A stretch of DNA of 64,000 nucleotides, taken from contig NC_083229.1 of assembly GCF_032191835.1 (NCBI RefSeq), forward strand, positions 46,624,001 to 46,688,000, given 5' to 3'. The notes beneath the pieces are model-generated. The model made no database searches. It was not told where the DNA came from and worked only from the letters and a program-made list of their open reading frames with translations. Shown one piece after another: positions 9,262 through 21,200 of the stretch. The stretch comes from Heteronotia binoei. Lineage: Eukaryota. A program made the translations under genes and the position numbers. Numbering within the stretch: position 1 is the stretch's first letter; each line of letters opens with the position of its first letter.

Positions 9262-12200
9262 CTACAGAACAAAAAGCACAGGTGTAACTGGAATCCTGTA
9301 CCTTCAAATGAAAGCCACTTCTGGGGCAGTATCAGTTTGAGTGCTCTGAACTATTCTCTTACCTCAATCGTATTTCTGCAGGTGCTCGAGTATGGTTATT
9401 TATTTATTAGATTCCATTTCTATCCCACCCTTCCTGCAATTGGGTTCAGGTGTATTGGTCTGTGAAAGACCTATACTGTTGCATGCAGCAACTGCATGCT
9501 ATTTAAATGCTAGTTTTGCCAGTGCATATGATTCAAGGGATCATAGTTACCTTTTTTCCTCCCTTAAAGGAGGTGTTTGTAATGATGTGACTTTTTTGTT
9601 GCCCTAATGAGATGTCAGTTTAGCTGTGTATTTTTTTTTAGAAAAAGAAACCACCCTTTATTTCTCTTCAACAAAGACAAACTTTAAATGAATGATCAAG
9701 GCACGAAGTCTTCCCTCAGGGGCATGAACTGAAGAGATATGTAAACTAACTTCCTAAATTACCTTTCTATGGAATTTGATGAACTGGTGAAATCAATTAG
9801 ATAAGTGGCTTGCCTTAGATGCAGTCATTGTGAGTGTTGGTGTTCTAGGATTCAATTTAAGAAACACTGGTTACCTTGAGCAAGAAATCTCTCCATAAAA
9901 CTGTCACAGAGATGCCACAAGGATAAGGGTCAAACAACATGTCATGCAGCAAATCTGCAAGGGTAAGGAATCTTTTACCTTCTCCTGTACTGCTTCCCTT
10001 CAGTCTTATTTTAAACCCCATTTTTGCCCACCTATCCTTGAAGAGCTCTTTCTCCCTCTCCCACTGTGGGAAATATACTATTTCTGTGTAGAGAGGAAAA
10101 GGATGAGTGAAAAGGCTTAGTGCAAGGAATCAACACCTGCTCTGGCGCCATTTCTCCAATAAAACGATGCCCTTTGCAACTGCATTCAAATAAAAAAAAA
10201 TCAGATGATCCAGTCTTAGTTTTTCTTTGGGAATCTCAAGCTGCCATCCTAAGAAGGCAAATGAACAAATGTGATAATTCTGTGTTGTAATAATTCAAAA
10301 TAGTCATCGGTCTTTAGGTGCTCCTGAACTCAGCCTTAGCTTTGCACACACAAGAAGTGTGCAGGGGGGGAAGAGGGATGAGAGAAGGAAGCAGACACAG
10401 CTCATATTTTGGAAAAAATATCATTGGTATTTAGATGCCACTAGACTCAGCTTTAGCTTTGCACAAAAGAGACAGGGGAGGGGAGGGACAGGTGGAGGAA
10501 ACAGACCCAGCTCATATCTTAAAAGAAAACCTCATCGGTCTTAAGATGCCTGTGGACGCAAACACACTTTTGCACACATACAGACCCGAAGTAGTGACGT
10601 GAGGGGGAGGCGGACCTGAGTATCGAGGGGGTGGGATTTGTGTGGGGAAAGAAGTAGGTTATCACAGCCACCAGGAAAAAACCAGTCATGTAGCTGCTGA
10701 TCTTACTGCCAACCCCAATAGTAATTGGATGTACATTTTTAACTGGGGGAGGGGGTTGCGGGGGTACACAGTACCCACAGGATGGATTAAAAACCTTGGA
10801 GGGATGGTGGGTTCTGGCCCGGGGGTCATATGCTTGACATCTCTACCCTAGAGAGCCACTGCCAGTCTGAGTGGACAGTACTGACTTTGAGGGACCAAGC
10901 GTCTGATTCAATATAAGGCAGTTTTATGTGTGTTCAATTACTAACAGGTAAACTGAGTGTTTCTATAGCAGTGAATGAAAAATTTAAAAGAAAACTAAAT
11001 TAGGGCTTGATCCTGCTTCAGTATGCCACTATTCAAGTACTAGCCAGTGGCACCCCATCAGTGAGGATAGGCTAGAAGCATTTCAAATACCACTTTGTTG
11101 TGGAGAGGATAGAAGACATGGAGGAAAAAAGGTAAGACCTGGCCAATTCAGTGAATCTTCATTCAAACACCAGGGAGAACTGGAAAGTATGAGGTTACTA
11201 TTGGACTGTGGAGGAGCATTTGTAAGGTGAGCCTGAGTCATCTCACATTAACAGAAATATGAAGAATTTACCATCAGAGGACATCAGTTCATCGATGATA
11301 TCACTGGTAATTATGCCTACAAACACAAAAGCAAATTATCACTTTTCATTAAATACTGTTTTCCAGTGATGTTCAACACTTCAGGACACTATTAATCCAC
11401 CACCTCCCAAATCCCATAAAAAGCAAGATTTAGTTCACCTTCAGGCTCATCTATTTTTGCTATATCAAGTAAGCTGGGCTTGAGGATACTATTGACATCC
11501 AGTGGAAGGAAGGGCTGACAGGTATTTGAGCTTGGTGTGGTTTCTGTTACAAGACTGTCATACAGCTCAGAATCTGGAATGCTTGCATAAAGAAGTTCAG
11601 GTGTTGCATTCTGTTGAGAACTATCTATAACAATACACAGTTAAAATTAGAAAACAAATTGTATCCCTAAGCTTTGAACATTTTACCATACCTTTTTTGA
11701 TAGCCAGACGATTCATTACCATAGCTTTTGTGATGCAGGGCATATCAGCATTTAGCAATGAGCCATTTGTAAAGTGAGAGACGTAAAAATTCTGGGAATT
11801 TTGAAGTTGCAGAAAAATACTTTTGGGGGGGGAGGGGGTGGGATTACAAGGAAACTGAAATGTATGAATACTTAGTTTCCTATCAAGCCTAAACTTACTT
11901 TACTGATTTAACAACTTAAAATATGTTATATTCATTCTATGGAAACTTTGCATATAAAATTATGGACTTAATATCTTGCTTTTCTGTTTAAAAAATGCAA
12001 TATAGCCAATACTTGATAAAGGTGTGAGTGGTTGCACCCTGTGTTACCTTAGCAAATGTATGTTACCTTTTGTCATCAGAGAGGTATGGTGGGGGGAGTT
12101 GGAAGGTAAAAAAGCCAAATTATTTAGTAAGTATTATTTGATCCAAAAGAGGCAGGTCACAGGCAAGAAGATAAGCATATTTGTGTAAAACTGTATAACA

Positions 12201-15200
12201 TTGAAAATGATGAACTCAAAAGTTTTACTGTTAAACATATAACATCTGTTGTTGGCAAAATTATTTACATTTAAACAAGACATGTTATTGAAAACATGTT
12301 GATGTCTACAATATACATATATCTAATGCTGCAGACTGTCTTAGAAATTTCTTTCCATACTGCACGTTTTGAGCAAAATTGCATTCCGTAGGTGGAAATC
12401 ATTGCATCCATAGACGTGCCCCCAAAGTATCTAATCTACTGAGTGCTGATATCCACTACTGCTGTTCTCTATTATTCTTTCCAGCTAATCTTTTGAAGGG
12501 GAATGTCTCCACACCTACCTGTAACTGGTGTCTGTGGAAGGGATTGACCCAGACTAATGTATTTATCCTCTAGTAAATTCTGAGGATGAGAGTTCAGTTT
12601 AGGGGAAGTCAATGGAACCACAGTTTGAGATGGAGGCTGAATGAGGTCATCTGGTGGAGGAACTGGAAAAACCACTGGCTTAGAGGAACTGGATTCTTTA
12701 TTGATGAGCAACACATGGATAGGTCCTGAGTGACTGTTTAAATTGATCTGGTATTTTTTCTGGCCCTTGAGGAAGAAAAAACATTGAAATGTAAAAGTAC
12801 AATCCTTTCTGGAAACAGAAGTAGCCATTAAGCCAAATAGCAATGCAGGCAAAATGATATCCCTAAAGAATTTGATAACTAGTTTATGCTAAAGCACTGT
12901 GCCAGAAGCATAAAAATGAAATACATAAAGCATGGATCTTTCTTTTATAACACTACATACACTTTTAGAACTGTAGAACAGCATCTAGCTGCTATTTTGT
13001 GTCCAATTTGTTATTTAGATCCAGACCGAAAGTGTGATGAGGTTTTCCCCTCTGTTCCATTCATTTAGCATGCAAAATAAATTCAACACTATTACAGGGC
13101 ATTAAAGACAGAAAACACTGTGGAAATGGTTGTGTCCATTGAATTCACACCTTTAGGGGTGACAGACCCATTAAGAGCACCCACCACAAGCACTTGATCA
13201 ATCCCAATAGCTTTCTATCAGCGCTTGGGGATTTCCCCACTATAGCTGCTGATGCATCTGTCAAAGTCCTATGTTGCTATGTCATCCACTCCCCACCCCT
13301 GGAATTGAACCCAAGCAAATGGTAACTATATAAACTAAGCTTGTAATTCCTGAATCTGAATAGAAAACCCTTAATTATATTGCATGCTAATTTACTGCTC
13401 ACCCTCTGCCTGTGCGTATGGACTGGTAAATTCCATTTCATTGTATCTAAGGAAGTTTGTGCACACAAAAGCTCATTGAATAGAACTGGCCTCAAACTTT
13501 GTTCTAGTGGTTCAGATCAACACAGCTATCCACTGAATCTAAGGTCCTGATTACTCTCTGGAATTGGGAAATGGCCCAGATTGTTGACACAATAGCCTCT
13601 AAATGCCCTCGCCCCATGTGGACAGAGCCAAGCAGTCTCCGTAGTTTACCAGCAAACATGGCATAGAGCCCATATGGCAGCCTATTCTGTGGCAGTGATG
13701 ACAGCAAAAAGGCAGTATTTCTCCAATGCCACTGCATCCGCAGGTAATTGTTCAGCTGAATTGTTTCATGTGGTTTGGGGGCTTTTACATCACAGCCCCA
13801 GGGAACTGGATTCTGACCACATGCCAGCCCACTCTGATCATTTTGCTACTTATCCTGCAGACAAAACACTCAGATCTGCTCTAGGTTAGATGCTGGTGCG
13901 GATGTATGTCCAGACAATGTACCTTTGGTGCCTGTTTGTCTGATTTGTATGGATACCTTTCAGCTTGTGGAAGCCAAGGATGAGGGCAAGATCCTTGAAG
14001 ATATGAGACCTATCTGTATTGACTCTGGCCCAGGGGTGGCCAAACTATGGCCTGGCAGCCACATGTGGCTCTTTCACACATTGTATGGCTCTTGAAGCCC
14101 GCACCACCCCTTCTGCCAGCTTGGAGAAGGAATTTGTCTCTTTAAATCACTTCTCCAAGCCAGAGAATGCATTTAAAGTTAAAGTTGATTTCTTTCCACC
14201 TCTACCTCCCTCGGCTCTCAAGCATCTGATGATCGTGTCTTGTGACTCTCAAACATCTGATGTTTATTCTATGTGGCTCTTCTGTTAAACAAGTTTGACC
14301 ACCCCTGCTCTGGCGCTTCCTGGCTGATAAAAACTACCAGAGGGGGACATGCTGAGTGGTAAAGGGGTAAATGTTTTCTTGGCTGGAAATTGTACCTCCC
14401 AGGAGGCAGTGATTAGACCTGTTTTGGAAAAACTCCCTCAAGTCTACTATGTTGGAGAACTTCTGGCCAGTCTCCCATCTTCCACTCTTGGTCAAGATGC
14501 TTGAGTGGGTGATTGCTTCAAAGGCTCTTAGAAAAGACTGATTTTCTGCATCTGGCTTCAGTCCAGGGTTTGGAGCAGACTGCTTCGGTCACTTTGGCTG
14601 ATGATTTCTATTGAAAATTAGATAGGGGAACGTGATCCTGCTAGTTCTGCTGGATCTCTCAGCGACCTTCAACAGTATTGACCATAGTATCCTACTAAGC
14701 CACCTCTCAGCACTGGGACTGGGGGCAGGGCCGGCCCTAGCCTCGCTGCCTGCTGCCCCCTCTGTGGTGCCCCACCACCCCCACTCCACGGCTCTGCCCC
14801 CCTCCACAGTGACACTTCCTCCCTCCCTTCCTCACAATTTCAATGCACAGGAAGGGGCAGTGGATTGTGGGGAAAGGAAGGGGGGGGGAGGCAGCAGCAG
14901 CAGCCACTCTTTCAGCGACTCACTCATCCTTCCCGCCGCTGCTGCCCCCTCAACCCCACACTGATGTTGATCGTGCCAGAGGGCTAGCTTAAGAGCTGCA
15001 AACTTCCAGCGCGTTTTACCTGTCGATCAGCTGACTGGCCAGGGGTGGCCTTTAAGGAGCCCAGAGAGCCCAGTGCTCCACTGCCCCTTCCCAGGCATTG
15101 AAATGGTAAGGGAGGGAGGAGGAGACTGGGGAGACAAATAGGGATTTGCCTAGGGGGCGGGTGGGGGGAAGGACCGAATTCAGCACCCCCCACCGGTGCC

Positions 15201-18200
15201 CTCGGCAAATGTCTAGTTTGCATAGTGGGTGGGCCAGCCTTGACTGGGGGGTACCGTGTTATGGTGGTTTAAGTCCTATCCATATTATCTGTAATAAAAT
15301 TTTGTGTACGTTATTAATATTGCAAATCGCCCTGAGTTCTGTAAGGAAGAAAGGCTGCTAATATATATTTTAGATTAATTAAATGAAAACAAAAATCAAT
15401 CTTCCTATTCTTTTCCAATTTTGCCATTGAATCTTGTTATGATCAAACATAAGTTGATGGAACAGTCATCATCAGCAATGATTTAGTTCATTATTAATAA
15501 TTTAATGGAAAATTCAGTAATGAAATTAATTACTTTATTCAGTAATGAAATGTCTTTAATTCCAGATAAACATGAAAAAGATTACTGTGGAATGTAAAAA
15601 GAACTATACATACTCTTTCACGTTATTGTAAACCCTAATTTTTAAACAGCTCAGAAATCAAAACCCTGGCACTACTTGGCACCAGCATCACAGGCTAGAT
15701 CCTACAGATGCATTCTGCTAGTAAAAGTGTTTTCCTTCAGCAAAAAGAGCCTTTCCTTCATGAGGGGCTCCTGCCAGCTGAACAGATATGCAGGACACAA
15801 CCCATTTTTTTATTACATCAACATCATTAAAATAGCTTCTCATACATACCAGATGAGGTACAGGTACTTCTAACTGTGTGCCGGAAGGTGCCTGAATTGC
15901 TAGCAGTGTATCCCCTGATTATGGAGTAATTGTAACATTTTAACTGCATGCATTTAACCATGTAAGGTGTGCCAGAACATAAAATCTACTGAATTCCCTT
16001 TCATTTTCATTTGTCGGAAAAGTTGTATCACTCAACATATCATTTTCCAAGCAAATATAATATCATGCAACAAAACACAAACATGGATACTGTTCAGTCT
16101 ATATTGCCTATAAATACAATGCATACTTTTAGAAAGATAACTCCTGTGGAATCTTAATTTTGGCATTTCTTTTCTGTGATCTACCAACTTGATCTTCCCC
16201 AATTCCAAGCTAGAGCTGCCTTCTTCTTGGCTATCCTTTCTCACAGAGCAGTCATCTGGCTACTGGTTCTAGCTCTTCTGTTTAAAGGAATGGTCTGATT
16301 TAAAACAAAGTACAACATGACAGATCTGAGTGGAAGAAACTAGTCCTCCACTAAACAGTTTCTGAAGATTGTTTACAGCAAGACAGGGGTCCTTCTATCT
16401 CTGAAAATAAGTTCTGACAGAACTAGCTCAGATTCTGTTTTAGTCACCAGCTAAGTGATTAGAGTGGTACTAACCAACATAGCTACAGTGTTCTAGCATC
16501 AAACACAACTGGCTTTCCCCAAATGACATTTACAATGCACTAAGTCTTTCACTAACTTACCATTGAAACAGTCACAAATATCTTTGTGAGTGATATATGA
16601 AAAAGTGGCCTGTGTCAAAGGCAAAACTGAAATCTTCAGGAACATTTTTTACAAAGGGATTAGGACAGTAGTACAGTGAAACAGCTCAGCAGGTTGCTTC
16701 TGTAAGGTTAATACTGCAGAATGTTGCAGTGTTTATTGTATGTATCACCTCTCTTCCTTTACTGCAATGTCCCCTACCTCCATTTAGGAATGCCATGACT
16801 TAGACATTTTTGTTGCCTTGGGCGGCTTTTATTTACATTGTTTTCTAGTCTCTGTAATCCCATTCCTACTGCATTATTGTAGGGCTTCGCTATCTGACTA
16901 AATTGCTTTTCATATTTTGTAATCCATCTCAAGTCTCAGTGAGAAAGGTGGTATATAAATGAAGTTAATGATTTTCAAAATAAACTAGTGGAACTTCAGG
17001 AAAGGAAAGGAAAGGAAAGGTCCGCTGTGCAAGCACCAGTCGTTTCCGACTCTGGGGTGACGTTGCTTTCACAACGTTTTCACAGCAGAGATTTTTACGG
17101 GGTGGTTTGCCATTGCCTTCCCTAGTCTTTTACACTTCTCCCCCAGCAAGCTGGCTACTCATTTGACTGATCTCGGAAGGATGGAAGGCTGAGTCAACCT
17201 TGGGCCGGCTACCTGAATCCAGCTTTCGCCGGAATAGAACTCAGGTCGTGAGCAGAGAGTTCAGACCACAGTACTGCAGTACTGTTGCTTTACCACTCTG
17301 TGCCACGCGGCCGCTGTCGAAGAACTATTATTATTACTTCAGAGTGCTCCTTAAAAGTCAGAGAGTAGATTTGTTTGAATGATTTTTCTGGCATGGCCTA
17401 AACCACTGAATCAAACAGCATGGTTTAAATACCCGTATAACTTACAGTGAGATTCCATGCAGAGTTACCCCAGCGTAAGCTCATTGAAGTTTGTAAGCCT
17501 GGAATGGAGTAGCTCTGCCAAGAATTGCACTGTTAATGGTTGTTGTGGAAAAAAAAATCTTCCTTTCCATTACTGGACAGTGAAGGAAACAAATAGAACT
17601 TCTCTATTATACTAGTTTTGACAGAGACCTCTTAGGCCAATTATGATCTATCAATGACCTTTAAGAACATAAGAAGGGTCCTGCTGGATCTGACCAGTGG
17701 TCCATTTAGTCCAGCATCCTGTGCCCAACTGGTTCCTCTGGAGGGCCAACACCAGGGCACAGGGGCCAAGATCTTCCCCTGATGTTGGCTCCTGGCACTG
17801 GGATTCAGAGGCTGACTGGCTCTGAAAATGGAGGTTCCCCTCAATCACTGATGGATCTATCCTCTATGAATCTACCTAATCTCATTTTAAAGCTGTCTAT
17901 TTCTTTGTTGTTGCTGCAACATAGTGTATTTTTCTCATATTCCTGGACAAATCTGTCTTTAACATTTACTTCCAGCAGCCTGGCAGTTTTTCTGAAAGCT
18001 TCTATGAGATGCGGGCAAAAAAATCTCTTAACTACCAGTTAAGAAACTAACCATCACATTATCTCAAGTAATCCAGCTTCCTTTTTCTGTGTGTTTAGTT
18101 TTACTAAAGGATTTTTTCCCGGTAATGCCATTTTCTAAGAATTACACAGCATACGTTTAAAGGATATCTTTTATTTGTGGAGTCTTCTTTAACATTTTTA

Positions 18201-21200
18201 ATGCTTTGCTGTAACCACAATTTCTGCTGATCCAGCTCTTTTTCTTTTAGTTCCAGATCTTCAATCTCTGCCTCAAGATACCTTAATCGATCTACAATTT
18301 CCTTTGTATTGCAGCCAGCACTTACACCTCTTTAAAAGAAACACAAAAATGCAATACTATTATAAATGAACAATGTGGAATCAAAAGGATTAAAATAGCA
18401 TAGTAAGAAGGTTATGGGCTGAATCTTACACACCTCCAGCAGAAGGTTCCAGGAGGGTGGCTTCCTTCCTGCCTTCCCCTATCAGCCTTAAGACGTAATG
18501 TCAGTCGGCTGGGCAACTCATATGGACAAAACATCACACAACATGGGTAACTGCAGTGCGAGCATGCAACTGGTGTAATTTATTTATTATTTATTTTGTT
18601 TTATTTATATCCTGTCCTTCCTGCAGATGGGCTCAGGGAGGATTACACAAGTCAATTCAGCAAATGTAGTGACTGTAATATACAAATAATTAGGTTAAAA
18701 TAGTTACAAGAGGTTTAAAACAGTTTAAAAACTGTTTTTGTTAGGGCATCAGATGACTAAATATGATTGCCTTGTAGATGATGCTATAATGAGAAACTCA
18801 TCTAGAGGAGTCACTAGATGTTTAATCACTGAACACATCTCTGCGTTGCAGGGAAAGCCCGGATGTCCGTCGCCTCAGCCAAAGGCCTGGCAGAACAGCT
18901 CCATATTTATTTATTTTATTAATTTTATTTTATCTAATTTATATCCCGTCCTCCCCTAGCGGGGTCGGGACAGCTATTACAGGCCCTGCAGAACTGTAAC
19001 AGGTCCTGCAAGGCCCTGATCTCAAATGGGAGCATGTAAGTGACCCTCTCCGCATTTCACAGCAGCAGTTATCACTAGCATAAACATTACCAACAAAGAG
19101 ACAGGGAATGCAATTTTGCCACTTCTCTCCCCACCTGTGCTATAGGGCTTATTTTCCACATGGATTCCCCAGCTCCTACCATTGGGGAGAGATCAAAAGG
19201 GGCTACCACAGGAGGGGTAATGTGAAAAAAAAATCATTTTCACCAGTGCATAGAATTCAGTCTATTAATTTCATGCAGGGGTGGCCAACGGTAGATCTCC
19301 AGATGTTTTTTGCTTACAACTCCCATCAGCCCCAGTCATAGTATTTAAGCAAGGGACAAAGCAATACTTTTTCCTTTAAAAAAAATGAACATTATTATAG
19401 TGAGGGTGAGGCATTAGGTTTGAATAGTATGCCCTGAGTTGAAGTACAATGACATTTTGATTCTATATGGAAAGATACTAACTGGAACAACGTCTATGAG
19501 CTCCTTGTTTCTACTACTTCAACAGAATACCAGAGAGGCATTAACTTTCACAGCTACAGCCTCATTTTCTTATTTAACAGTAACAGCAGCTTAGAAAATA
19601 CTATGTTCATGCTTCAACTACTATTCTTCTGTGTTACTTAAACTTGTACACATTTATTTGCTTATCTCCTTTGCTAGCAATAAAGTGGAGCAGGGAAGTA
19701 ACTAGTATCAAAAAGGCAAATGAGATAGGTAACTGTAAAACTGAGTCCATCTTCCTCAACAGGGCTCAAAGTGGATTACACAGAACAAGTCCTTGCATTC
19801 TGCAGGGTGGAATAACCAATAGATAGTGCTATAAAAATAAGTTGCAAAAGCTTTCCATGTTGCACCACCAACATTTAATTGTACATCCATTTGTGGTCCT
19901 CAAAACAGCCCACTAGCTCCCTCATATGGCTCTCCTCCTTATGGTCCACCCAATCTTACTAAATGGGAAATTAGCTGCTACATCCGGTCAACTCCTCTGT
20001 GCTTCAGGTTTTCCACATGCATAAAAGGTCGCATGGAAGGCCAATGGTCCCAATATTCCCCTTTTTTGTGACCTGCCATACTCACATTTCATGCTGAAGT
20101 GCTTCATTCTCCAAGATTAAATAGGTTTTGCAAGCACTAGAGGATGGGCCATGGCTCAAAGGTAGAAACTCTGCTTGGGGTGCAGAAGGTCCCAAATTCA
20201 ATCCCTGGCATCTCCAGCTAAAAGGTTAGGCAAGTAGGTGATGCAAAAGACCTCTACTTGAGACCCTGGAGAGCTACTGTGAGGCTGAATAGTTGATACT
20301 GACCGATGAGCCAATGGTCTGATTTGGTATAAGGCAGTTTCATCCATTCATATGTATTAAAGATACCTGAAGTTTAGGAAACTGGACTGAAATTAAACAA
20401 TATATATTCAAGATGGCCCACTGACAGCCCATAGGTTAGCCCTGACCTCTAAGACTTTGTCAATCCTAACACATATCAAAATATGATAAGAGGTCTGATG
20501 ACAACTTCACTTGCAACAACAACAAAACCATTATTTTCAAAACTGCAAAAGGCAAAGATAATCTACACTCTATTATCATATCTCTTCAGTGAAGCAGGGC
20601 ACAAAATTTTCCAATTAGATCTAGCCCTTCTGTAATGCAAAATTTTCTGATGCTGTATTTTTTCCATGGAAAATTTTCATCATTGCAAGTCTGTTTATTT
20701 GTAGTTGTCAGGGCTGTTGTGCTGCAGAGCAATCATACTGAACGGGCGAAAAGCATAATATGAAATATAGACAAACCCCAGTTCTTGTACATCATTCAAG
20801 CTTGTGCATGGTATATTTATCTTCTTTTGCTAAACTGATAAGTTATATTTGAATCACACCAAAAAAAAATCCCAAAAGTTTTAGCTATTCAAATTTTCCA
20901 AGAAAACCCAAAATCACTGCAGTTGTTTTTTTTTTAGTTTTTTAATGGAAAGATCTGGGTACATTGAAAGAATGCGCCACATAACTGTGAATCTCTTATT
21001 ATCATTACTATACAGCCTGACTTCCAGGGAAGGAATCTGTCTGTGGCAAATACACTTCCAGCTCTTGAGTAATTTTCTTAAAATGAAAACACAAAAAGAA
21101 ACCAGCAACAGTGGTACCCAAGATACAGAACTTTGCCATCATTGACATATCTTTTCACATACCAAAATGTCTAACTGTTCCAGCTCAAAAGAAACAGGTC

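Larger units (their letters stand above)
16605..18167 (-). other. E2F5: U12-type (minor spliceosome) AT-AC intron 3 of E2F5
   Basis: 5' site ATATCCTTT (18167-18159), branch-like GCCTTTGAC with A at 16615, terminal AC at 16606-16605. E2F genes are known to carry this intron. Confidence 0.93.

Noticed and set aside
11085-11135. Candidate E2F5 terminal exon reading [14 protein letters not shown]
   Set aside because: The true terminal exon with the conserved pocket-binding motif is at 9152-9261.
11825-11842. G-rich run with G-quadruplex potential
   Set aside because: Such runs are common in this genome and nothing supports a function here.
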